Below, piece by piece: positions 10,682 to 18,858 of a stretch of 64,000 nt of DNA. Each line of letters opens with the position of its first letter. Position 1 is the stretch's first letter. The notes beneath the pieces are model-generated. The model searched no databases, was not told the DNA's origin, and worked only from the letters and a program-made list of their open reading frames with translations. Source of the DNA: an uncultured Gemmatimonadaceae bacterium (GTDB taxonomy: Bacteria > Gemmatimonadota > Gemmatimonadetes > Gemmatimonadales > Gemmatimonadaceae). The translations under genes were made by a program, and so were the position numbers. The stretch is taken from positions 192,001 to 256,000 of the forward strand of contig CAWHHI010000016.1 of NCBI GenBank assembly GCA_963829055.1. Reading direction: 5' to 3'.

Positions 10682-12249
10682 GCAGCGCTGTGGAGGACGG
10701 ACACGTGGCGGCGATCTCGTTCGACGTGCGCGATGCGGTTTCGCTCGCGATCAGGCTCGCGCTTGGGAAGCCTCGGCTCGAGGACTGCTACGCCAACTGG
10801 GCCCTGGTGTTCGACGCGGCGTCGCGCGAGTTGCTCGCGCCGCTCGCGTGGATTCGGTCGGGTCAGTTCATTCGTCGGTTCGCCGGTCCGGTTGTGACGG
10901 ATCGGTGGCGTCGTGCGGCGGTGGCGACGCACGTCCGGGGACAGCAGCAGCTCGACCTGCTACGGGTTGCCATGGATGCGCTCAGAGCCGCGGGGGTCGA
11001 AGGCATCGCGCTCAAGGGGTTACCGTTAGGCCAACGGCTCTACGGTGATCCGTTCGTCCGCTGCTCGGCGGACATCGACCTGTATGTCCCCGCGGTACAG
11101 CGGGCACGCGCGAGCGCTGCGCTCGAGTCCATCGGCTGGCGGAGCGACGACGGGCAGGCGCCCTGGCACGAGGCGTGGTCGATCTGGCGCGCGGACGTCG
11201 CGTATCATCTCGAGCTGCACTCGTCGCTCGTATCCGATCATCTGTTCCACTTGGAGCCGCCGGCGCCGGGGTCCACCACCGTGTATGTCGCCGGTGTGCC
11301 GGTGCGCGCGCACGCCGGTGATTTTGTTGCGCCGTACCTGGCGGTCCATCTCGCGACGCACCAGATGCCTCCACTGCTGTGGTTCGTGGATTTCGCGAGC
11401 CTCTGGAGCTCGCTCTCCGCGGTGGAGCGCGTTCGCGCCGAAGGCGCTGCGCTCGAGGCGGGCGTGTCTCGCTACCTCGCCTGGGCCCGCGACCGAGCGG
11501 TCCTGGTCGACCGTCTCGCCGCTGGCGACCGGGAGACGTTAGGCGCGCTCGGCGTCACGAGCGACCGGCGCCGCGACATCCACTCCATCTGGCGGCACCT
11601 CGCGCTCGCGGCTACCGTGGCCGACCGCGTTCACGTGATGGCCGCGTTTCTGATTCCTCGTCGTGTTCGCGGCGATATCGGAGCGTTTGCGCGATACACG
11701 CTGGCGCGACTTCGCACTCGACTTCGGTCGCTCGCCGGAATGTCTCGCGACTACGCGTCGTCGGACGACAGCGCCCAGCCCGTCGAGTCGCAACTGGAGG
11801 TTTCACCAGGGTCCGCGCGCGCACTTCGGATGGAGCGGAGCGACATGGTGGCGCTCGCGACCGACGTTACGCGCGCGGGTGGCGCGCTGCGAGTTCGCGC
11901 GCGGGGCGGAAGTATGCTGCCGACGATTCCGCGAGGGGCGCTCGTCCGGATCGGCGGCGTACCGCCCGCCGGGGTGCTGCGTGGCGATGTGGTGTTGGCC
12001 CTGACGACCGACGGTGAGCCGGTTCTCCATCGCGCCGTGGAGGTTCGGCCCGACGCGATCGTGACCCGCGGTGACGCGGCCATCTACGTCGACGCCGCCA
12101 TTCCGCTCACGCGAGTAATCGGGGTGGCCACGCATGTCACTGAGGCCGGCGTCGAGCGCCAGCTGGGCCGTCGACCGCAGCGGTCGCTTGCGGTTTCCGC
12201 GCTCAAGCTTCGCCGGCGCCTTGCACGGGTGGTGCGTCGTGATCGCTGA
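10678..12249 (+). CDS. Nucleotidyltransferase (NTP_transf_5-like) fused to a C-terminal S24/S26 peptidase-like domain
   Basis: N-part ALKG..LYGDPFVRCSADIDLYV..LELH; C-part RARGGSMLPTI..GDVVL..VLHRAV..TRGDA; GTGA overlap with the wzc stop. Confidence 0.75.
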   Translation: MSSAVEDGHVAAISFDVRDAVSLAIRLALGKPRLEDCYANWALVFDAASRELLAPLAWIRSGQFIRRFAGPVVTDRWRRAAVATHVRGQQQLDLLRVAMDALRAAGVEGIALKGLPLGQRLYGDPFVRCSADIDLYVPAVQRARASAALESIGWRSDDGQAPWHEAWSIWRADVAYHLELHSSLVSDHLFHLEPPAPGSTTVYVAGVPVRAHAGDFVAPYLAVHLATHQMPPLLWFVDFASLWSSLSAVERVRAEGAALEAGVSRYLAWARDRAVLVDRLAAGDRETLGALGVTSDRRRDIHSIWRHLALAATVADRVHVMAAFLIPRRVRGDIGAFARYTLARLRTRLRSLAGMSRDYASSDDSAQPVESQLEVSPGSARALRMERSDMVALATDVTRAGGALRVRARGGSMLPTIPRGALVRIGGVPPAGVLRGDVVLALTTDGEPVLHRAVEVRPDAIVTRGDAAIYVDAAIPLTRVIGVATHVTEAGVERQLGRRPQRSLAVSALKLRRRLARVVRRDR

Positions 12250-13135
12250 ATCCCGCATGGTCGCCGTGGCGCCGGTGGCAGGCATTCCGATCGTCCACGA
12301 GTTGATGGACGGGATCGAGATCGAACATCGCGATGCCGTTCTGTGGGCAGGAACCGCGTCGACATGCGCCCCGATCGTCATTCGGCATGAGCTTGGCGAT
12401 GCGTCTCCGCGCGCGATGCGCGCGGTGCTCGACGTGCCGCCGTGGTGCACGTTCCACCTCGATGCACGCGGAGAACCAGCGTCGCACTTTCACGCGGTCT
12501 TCGGTGAAGTGGATCGCCTGCTGACGTGTGAGGAGCCGGGCGCGACCTACGTCGTCAAGTATGGCGCCACTCCCCGCGAGCCTGTCGTCGCCTTGCAGTC
12601 GGAGCTCGCGACCTACTCGTTCGCGCTGTCGGCGCGCGAAGTCGGGCTGATCGCGCATTCGTGCGCGTTCGTCACGCCGGATGGGGCAGGGGTGCTGTGC
12701 CCGGGCGTGTCCGGCACTGGCAAGACGACGCTCGCGCGTCTGCTGCACGCGAACGTGCCCGAGGTGGAGTTGCTCACCGACGATCGCGCGATCGTTAGGC
12801 TCGACGCCGATGCGCTCAGCGTGTGGGGCTCGCCGTGGCCTGGCGCCGCGGGCATCGCCGGACCCGGTGTGGCATCGCTCGATGCGGTCGTTTTCATTCG
12901 CCATGGCACTACGATGACGATGCGTCGCGTGGCGCCGAGCGATGCGTTCCGCCGGATCCTGAACACGCTGTCGATGCCGCTCTGGGAGCCGGCTCGATGT
13001 GGCCGTGCACTGGAGATCGTCGACGCCATCGTGTCCCGCGCGACGCTTGTGGAAGCGTCGTATCCGCCCACAGGCCGCGCCGCTCGCTGGCTCGTGGACG
13101 AGCTCCGTGGACTCGAATCGTTAGGCGCGCGATGA
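12239..13135 (+). CDS. HPr-kinase-related P-loop kinase
   Basis: AHSCA, Walker A GVSGTGKTT, LLTDDR, WGSPW; start GTG 12239 or ATG 12257. Confidence 0.75.
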   Translation: MIAESRMVAVAPVAGIPIVHELMDGIEIEHRDAVLWAGTASTCAPIVIRHELGDASPRAMRAVLDVPPWCTFHLDARGEPASHFHAVFGEVDRLLTCEEPGATYVVKYGATPREPVVALQSELATYSFALSAREVGLIAHSCAFVTPDGAGVLCPGVSGTGKTTLARLLHANVPEVELLTDDRAIVRLDADALSVWGSPWPGAAGIAGPGVASLDAVVFIRHGTTMTMRRVAPSDAFRRILNTLSMPLWEPARCGRALEIVDAIVSRATLVEASYPPTGRAARWLVDELRGLESLGAR

Positions 13136-13464
13136 CGCAGGCCAACGATGCATCCACCGCGCGGTGGCAGCGCGCCGGCGGCGTCATCGCGCGACGGGTG
13201 GCGGGCGAGACGGTGCTCGTACCGCTCACCGCACGTGCGTCCGATCCCGAGTTCAAGAGCGCTCGCCTGTACGTCTTGAACGAGACAGGCGAGTTCCTCT
13301 GGTCGTTGCTCGATTCCCCTCGGTCCAGTGTCGAGCTGGCTCGGAACTTGACTCAAGAGTTCGTGACCGCGGCCGGACGTGCGCATTCGGATGTGGAAGT
13401 GTTCCTCGCCGCGCTGCGCGACATTGGTGCCATCCGCGAGCTGCCCGACGACGGAGCCGAATGA
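13132..13464 (+). CDS. PqqD-family RiPP recognition element (RRE), 110 aa
   Basis: IARRVAGETVLVP..LYVLNETGEFLWSLLD..ELARNLTQEF..DVEVFLAALRDIGAI; ATGA overlaps with both neighbours. Confidence 0.88.
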   Translation: MTQANDASTARWQRAGGVIARRVAGETVLVPLTARASDPEFKSARLYVLNETGEFLWSLLDSPRSSVELARNLTQEFVTAAGRAHSDVEVFLAALRDIGAIRELPDDGAE

Positions 13465-14576
13465 GCGCAATGCAGATGTCGATGGGCCGCTTCGAGGAGC
13501 GACTGGGCGCGCGAGCACGGCGCGAGCGCCAGCCGCTGTCGTGCCTATTCGAGATCACGCCTCGGTGTAACCTCCGCTGCAAGTTCTGCTACGTCGCCCT
13601 CGATCCATATCAGGGCCCGTACCTCGGCACCGACCAGGCGTGTCGTGTGCTCGACGTCATCGAGCAGGCGGGGGTGCTGTGGCTGACGCTGACGGGTGGG
13701 GAGGTGTTCTCACGACGCGACTTCCCGACCATCTACGAATACGCGCTGACCAAGGGGCTCCTCGTCACGATCTATACGAACGCGACGATGGTCACCGAGT
13801 CCGTGGCGCAGCTCCTCACCGACCGGCCGCCGTTCTCGGTGGAGGTCAGCATCTACGGGGCGGACGCCGAGCACTACGAGGCGACGACGCAGATTCCCGG
13901 CTCATTCGCGCGGTTCGAGCGCGGGATCGCGCGACTGCAGGCCGCGGGCGTGCCCCTGCTGATGAAATGCCCGATCAGCACATTGACCGCGGATCACGTC
14001 GCGGCGCTCGTGCAATGGTGTACCGACCGCGCTTTACCATTCAAGGCGGACCCGGTTATCGACGCGCGCCACGATGGCGGGCAGCAGCCGACTCTCTACC
14101 GCATCGCGCCTCGCGGCGTCGTCGAGCTTCGCGATGAGCTGTACGCGTTGAGTCACGGCGCGCCGCGGCCTGCTGGACCGCTTCCCGAATGTTCAGTCCG
14201 CGGCGACGCGGATGGCCCTGAAGAGCTGTACACCTGCGGTGCCGGGCGTATAGCGTTCTTTGTCGACGCACTCGGAAACGCCAGCCATTGCGTGATCGAT
14301 CGCGAGCCGTCATTTCCGATTCTCGAAACGCCGTGGAACGAGCTCTGGACGCGCATGGGAGCGTGGGTTACGCAGCCGTTGCCGACCGACGCGTCGTGCA
14401 GCGGATGCTCGCTGCGCGGCGGGTGCAGCAACTGCCCGGCGCGATCGAGGCTCGCGACCGGAAGTCCGTTCCTGAAGGATGAATACCAGTGTGACATCAC
14501 ACACGCCATTCATGGGCTTCCGCCGGCGCGCCACGAGCATCGCGCGCCTCGCCCACTCGCAGCGTGTACCGCCTAA
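13461..14576 (+). CDS. Radical SAM protein with SPASM domain (peptide maturase type)
   Basis: CNLRCKFC motif, LTGGE, YTNAT; C-terminal CGAG..GNASHC..CSGCSLRGGCSNCP..YQC. Confidence 0.92.
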   Translation: MSAMQMSMGRFEERLGARARRERQPLSCLFEITPRCNLRCKFCYVALDPYQGPYLGTDQACRVLDVIEQAGVLWLTLTGGEVFSRRDFPTIYEYALTKGLLVTIYTNATMVTESVAQLLTDRPPFSVEVSIYGADAEHYEATTQIPGSFARFERGIARLQAAGVPLLMKCPISTLTADHVAALVQWCTDRALPFKADPVIDARHDGGQQPTLYRIAPRGVVELRDELYALSHGAPRPAGPLPECSVRGDADGPEELYTCGAGRIAFFVDALGNASHCVIDREPSFPILETPWNELWTRMGAWVTQPLPTDASCSGCSLRGGCSNCPARSRLATGSPFLKDEYQCDITHAIHGLPPARHEHRAPRPLAACTA

Positions 14577-14599
14577 CGTGACGTGCCGAGGCTAGCACC

Positions 14600-14776
14600 A
14601 TGACTGAACAGAACCCCTTGTCCGACGTCGAACATTCCGACGCACGGCGCCCGTATGAGCCGCCGGCGGTGATCGAGGTGTTCGTCGACCCGGCGAAGGA
14701 CATGCTCGTTGCCTGCGCCCCCGGTAAGTTGCCCAGCTCGGGCGGACGGGCCTGTAACGCCGTGCAGTTTACCTGA
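14600..14776 (+). CDS. Putative RiPP precursor peptide, 58 aa: MTEQNPLSDVEHSDARRPYEPPAVIEVFVDPAKDMLVACAPGKLPSSGGRACNAVQFT
   Basis: Translated by hand; GAGG at 14588-14591 before the ATG; 23 nt after the rSAM stop; YxxP leader motif; Cys39 and Cys52 in a small-residue-rich C-terminus. Confidence 0.8.
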   Translation: MTEQNPLSDVEHSDARRPYEPPAVIEVFVDPAKDMLVACAPGKLPSSGGRACNAVQFT

Positions 14777-14800
14777 GGCGGGAAGCGGCCCCACGCCGCG

Positions 14801-14831
14801 GAACTGGCGACTGAAGCGCTCGCGCCAGTTC
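14801..14831 (+). terminator. Stem-loop after the precursor gene (terminator or stabilising hairpin)
   Basis: GAACTGGCG...CGCCAGTTC 9-bp stem; no U tract. Confidence 0.35.
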
Positions 14832-15046
14832 ACATCGCCGGTCCGGGGCGGGACCGTCTGACGGCTCGATCGTCATCCACGACGCCCTCGGCCATCACGT
14901 TTCCCCGCGACACCACCACGAGATCGTTGCCCGATCGATCCAGAACGTCCGTCGATGAACACATCGACGGTCGCGCGACGGTTGCGGCTGCACACTGGCC
15001 TAGGTAAGCTATTGCGGCCACTCAACTTCAACGAACTGGAGCACGC

Positions 15047-16360
15047 GTGAAGATCGCTGTCATCGGGTCCGGCTACGTCGGCCTGGTCGTAGGCGCCTGC
15101 CTGGCGGAAACCGGAAATGACGTGACGTGCGCAGACGTCGATCAGAACAAGATCGATGGGCTGAAGCAGAACGTCTTGCCAATTTACGAGCCGGGCCTGG
15201 ACGGGCTCGTCGAACGGAACCAGCAGCAAGGCAGGCTTCACTTCACCACCGACGTGGGCAACGCGGTCGCGAAAGCGGAAGTCGTGTTCATCGCCGTGGG
15301 CACGCCACCGGACGAAGACGGCTCCGCGGACCTCCGCCACGTGCTCAGCGTGGCTGACATGATCGGCGAGCACATGACGCGCGAGCTCGTCGTCGTCACC
15401 AAATCGACTGTACCAGTCGGGACAGCGGCGAAGGTCGCGAGCGCCGTCGGCAAAAAGGCGCGGCACCCATTCCACATGTGCAGCAACCCCGAGTTCCTGA
15501 AAGAAGGTGCGGCGCTCGACGATTTCATGAAGCCCGACCGTGTCGTGCTCGGCGTCGACAGCGATCACGCGCGCAGCGTCATGGCGGAGCTGTACGCGCC
15601 GTTCGTCCGAACCGGCAAGCCGATCATCTTCATGGACATTCCTTCGGCGGAGATGACGAAGTACGCCGCCAATGCGATGCTGGCGACGCGCATCTCGTTC
15701 ATGAACGAGATCGCGAACCTGTGCGAGAAGGTCGGCGCGAATGTCGATCTCGTTCGAAAGGGCATTGGCAGCGACGCGCGCATTGGCCCGTCGTTTCTGT
15801 TCCCAGGACCCGGCTACGGAGGCTCCTGCTTTCCGAAGGACGTGAAGGCGCTCGTGCGCACTGCTGGAGAAGCAGGATCACCACTCAACGTTCTCCAGGC
15901 AGTGGAAGATGCCAACGATCGTCAGAAGCATCGCCTGTTCGAGAAGCTGCACTGCGCGCTTGGCGACGCGATCAAGGGCGCGCACATCGCGGTGTGGGGG
16001 CTCGCGTTCAAACCGCAGACCGACGACATGCGCGAGGCGCCGGCGCTCACATTGATCGACGACGTCATCGCCGCTGGCGCGACGATCACGGCGCATGATC
16101 CGGCGGCGATGCACGAGGCGAAACGCCGCGTCGGCGCCCGCATCAACTACGCGGCGTCGAACTATGAAGCGCTCGATGGCGCAGACGCGCTGGTCGTGGT
16201 GACCGACTGGAACGAGTACCGGCACCCCGATTTCTCACGCATGAAATCACTGCTTCGACGGCCCGTCGTCATCGATGGCCGCAATCTGTACGATCCCGCG
16301 AAGATGCAGACGCTCGGCTTCGACTACTTCTCGTTCGGACGCGGGAGAGAACGCGCATGA
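15047..16360 (+). CDS. ugd: UDP-glucose 6-dehydrogenase
   Basis: [52 protein letters not shown]. Confidence 0.95.
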   Translation: MKIAVIGSGYVGLVVGACLAETGNDVTCADVDQNKIDGLKQNVLPIYEPGLDGLVERNQQQGRLHFTTDVGNAVAKAEVVFIAVGTPPDEDGSADLRHVLSVADMIGEHMTRELVVVTKSTVPVGTAAKVASAVGKKARHPFHMCSNPEFLKEGAALDDFMKPDRVVLGVDSDHARSVMAELYAPFVRTGKPIIFMDIPSAEMTKYAANAMLATRISFMNEIANLCEKVGANVDLVRKGIGSDARIGPSFLFPGPGYGGSCFPKDVKALVRTAGEAGSPLNVLQAVEDANDRQKHRLFEKLHCALGDAIKGAHIAVWGLAFKPQTDDMREAPALTLIDDVIAAGATITAHDPAAMHEAKRRVGARINYAASNYEALDGADALVVVTDWNEYRHPDFSRMKSLLRRPVVIDGRNLYDPAKMQTLGFDYFSFGRGRERA

Positions 16361-17313
16361 GAGTGCTCATCACCGGCGCCGCCGGCTTTCTCGGGTCGCA
16401 CCTCTGCGACCGGTTCCTTGCCGATGGGCATTCGGTGGTGGGACTCGACAACTTTCTCACCGGGAACCCGGCGAACATCGCCCACCTCATGGGCGACACG
16501 CGGTTCGAGTTCGTCGAGCACAACATCTCGACGTACACGTACGTCGCGGGCCAACTGGATGGCGTGCTGCACTTCGCCTCGCCCGCCAGTCCGGTCGACT
16601 ACCTCGAGTTTCCGATCGCGACGCTCAAGGTCGGCGCACTCGGTACGCACAACGCGCTGGGCCTCGCGAAGGCGAAAGGGGCGAGATTCTTCATCGCGTC
16701 GACGTCCGAGGTTTATGGCGACCCGCTCGAGCATCCGCAGACGGAGAAATACTGGGGGAATGTGAACCCCATTGGTCCGCGCGGCGTCTACGACGAAGCG
16801 AAACGCTTCGCGGAAGCGATGACGATGGCATACCATCGCTTCCACGGGATGGACACGCGGATCGTGCGGATCTTCAACACGTACGGGCCGCGCATGCGTC
16901 CCAACGACGGCCGTGTCGTATCGAATTTCATCGTTCAGGCTCTCAGCAACGAGCCGCTCACGATTTACGGCGACGGTTCACAGACGCGGAGCTTCTGCTA
17001 CGTCTCGGACGAGGTCGAGGGTATCTACCGGCTGTTCATGCGGGGGGACAGCAACCCCACGAACATCGGTAACCCGAATGAGTTCACGGTGCGCCAACTG
17101 GCCGAGCTCGTGATCGAGTTGACGGGGACCAAAGCCACGATCGTCCAGCGCGAGCTTCCCGTAGATGATCCGAAAGTGCGACGTCCCGATATCACCCGGG
17201 CCCGCGAGATGCTGGGATGGGAGCCCACCGTCGCGCTTCGCGAGGGCGTGGGGCGCACCATCGAATACTTTCGGTCAGTTCTGACGAAGGAAGCGGTCTC
17301 GGCCCGCGCGTAG
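16357..17313 (+). CDS. UDP-glucuronate decarboxylase (UDP-xylose synthase family, extended SDR)
   Basis: [56 protein letters not shown]. Confidence 0.92.
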   Translation: MRVLITGAAGFLGSHLCDRFLADGHSVVGLDNFLTGNPANIAHLMGDTRFEFVEHNISTYTYVAGQLDGVLHFASPASPVDYLEFPIATLKVGALGTHNALGLAKAKGARFFIASTSEVYGDPLEHPQTEKYWGNVNPIGPRGVYDEAKRFAEAMTMAYHRFHGMDTRIVRIFNTYGPRMRPNDGRVVSNFIVQALSNEPLTIYGDGSQTRSFCYVSDEVEGIYRLFMRGDSNPTNIGNPNEFTVRQLAELVIELTGTKATIVQRELPVDDPKVRRPDITRAREMLGWEPTVALREGVGRTIEYFRSVLTKEAVSARA

Positions 17314-17432
17314 CGCGGGTGCCCCTGGTTATGTTACGGGTTTGCCGCCCTAAAGCATCGGCCTGCGCGTAGCGTCGCGCGGTCGTCGCGCTGAGGCGAA
17401 CCGGATCCACCTTTCCGGGTAACCTACCCGTT

Positions 17433-18209
17433 ATGCAACTGTCTAGTTGGCCACGTACAGCTTGGGGTGTATGCGTTGCGCTGCTTGCGGCGAGTGCGTG
17501 CGCTCCGGCTTTCAAGCTCAGCAAATTCCGCACGAATGAGGCCTTGTACGCCGCGGCGACGCGCGAATACAAGGCGGGTCATTGGGACAACGCGATCCAG
17601 GCGTTCGAACGCTTGACGCTCGATCTTCCTGCGCGTGACCCGCTCTTGCCGGTGTCGTACTGGTACCTGGCAACAGCGCACAGCCACAAGAAGGAGCACC
17701 TGCTGAGCGCGCAGGGCTATTCTCGGCTGAATCAGACGTTCCCCGATGATTCGCTCGCGGACGACGCCTTGCTGGCGGAGGCCCGCGAATACGCCAAGAT
17801 GTGGCGCAAGCCGCCGCTCGATGCGCAGTATGGCCAGACGGCGCTCGCGACCTACCGGTCGCTTGTCGAGTTGTATCCCGACTCCCCGCTCGCCCCTCAG
17901 GCGCAACAAGGCGCCCAGCAAATGCTCGAATGGCTGGCGACCAAGGACTACCTCGTCGGGGTGCACTACGTGCGCCGCAAGGCGCCAGACTCCGCCATCC
18001 TGTACTTCAAGGACGTCGTGAAGAACTATCCGGAGACGGCGCGCGCACGGGACGCCTACCTGCGGCTTGTCGAGGTGTATCGGTCGATCCACTATAAGGA
18101 CGATGCGCGGGACGCCTGCACGACGCTCCAGCAGAAATACCCGAGCGATCGCGAGGTGCGAAACGTCTGCGGACCGCCGCCCCCAACTGCCGTCGCCCAG
18201 CCCAACTGA
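17433..18209 (+). CDS. bamD: Outer membrane protein assembly lipoprotein BamD
   Basis: Lipobox-like LAASAC, TPR helices, ELYPDSPLA, KDYLVGVHY, NYPET. Confidence 0.8.
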   Translation: MQLSSWPRTAWGVCVALLAASACAPAFKLSKFRTNEALYAAATREYKAGHWDNAIQAFERLTLDLPARDPLLPVSYWYLATAHSHKKEHLLSAQGYSRLNQTFPDDSLADDALLAEAREYAKMWRKPPLDAQYGQTALATYRSLVELYPDSPLAPQAQQGAQQMLEWLATKDYLVGVHYVRRKAPDSAILYFKDVVKNYPETARARDAYLRLVEVYRSIHYKDDARDACTTLQQKYPSDREVRNVCGPPPPTAVAQPN

Positions 18210-18215
18210 CCGGGC

Positions 18216-18851
18216 GTGCGGCTCGGGATCTTCGGCGGGACGTTCGATCCGCCTCACGTCGGTCACCTGCTCGCCGCTTCTGATGCGATCGAGCACCTGA
18301 CGCTGGATCGACTGGTGTTCGTTCCGGCTGCCGTGCAGCCGCTCAAGGCTGGCCGGGCAACGGCGTCGGCCGCGCACCGTCTGGCCATGGTTCGGCTGAC
18401 GGTGGGCAACGACCCCCGGCTCGAAACCGACTCGGTCGAAGTCGACCGCGACGGGTTATCTTACACGGTCGACACTCTGAGGGAGTTTGCCCGGCGCCTG
18501 CCCTCGGCGGAACGTTACTTCCTCGTTGGAGCGGACGTGTTAGCGAGCTTCGCGCAGTGGCGTGACCCGCAGACCGTTCTGGATCTTGCAACGCTCGCCG
18601 TGCTCACGCGTCGTGCCGATGCGGGTGAAGGCCGAGCCGCTGGGGCGGCGGGAGCGGATGAGCAGCGCCCTAACGCGGCGCGCAGTGACGTCGAGTCGTT
18701 GCTCCAGCAGCGCTCGACGTTCGTACCAACGCGTCGCATCGACGTATCGTCAACAGAAATCCGCGACCGGGTGCGATCGGGCCGGTCGATTCACGGATTC
18801 GTCACCGATACCGTAGGCGAGTACATCACCGCCCACGGGCTGTACCGATAG
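18216..18851 (+). CDS. nadD: Nicotinate-nucleotide adenylyltransferase
   Basis: GIFGGTFDPPHVGH, SYTVDTL, LVGAD, VSSTEIR. Confidence 0.95.
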   Translation: MRLGIFGGTFDPPHVGHLLAASDAIEHLTLDRLVFVPAAVQPLKAGRATASAAHRLAMVRLTVGNDPRLETDSVEVDRDGLSYTVDTLREFARRLPSAERYFLVGADVLASFAQWRDPQTVLDLATLAVLTRRADAGEGRAAGAAGADEQRPNAARSDVESLLQQRSTFVPTRRIDVSSTEIRDRVRSGRSIHGFVTDTVGEYITAHGLYR

Positions 18852-18858
18852 AGGAACC

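Noticed and set aside
10678..14776. Lasso peptide cluster interpretation (YxxP leader, RRE, kinase, nucleotidyltransferase)
   Set aside because: No asparagine-synthetase-like cyclase or transglutaminase-like B2 protease, and the putative core has no Asp/Glu ring acceptor.
13132..14776. PQQ or mycofactocin biosynthesis
   Set aside because: The peptide lacks the PqqA ExxxY core and the MftA C-terminal motif; no pqqB/pqqC or mft partners are present.
14573..14833. 86-aa minus-strand ORF over the precursor
   Set aside because: Antisense to the peptide gene, which has an SD, operon context and a leader motif.
14955..15050. 31-aa ORF ([31 protein letters not shown]) overlapping the ugd start, as a second precursor or uORF
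   Set aside because: No SD, ATG buried in a hairpin, atypical codons, no YxxP or Cys; more likely the ugd promoter region.
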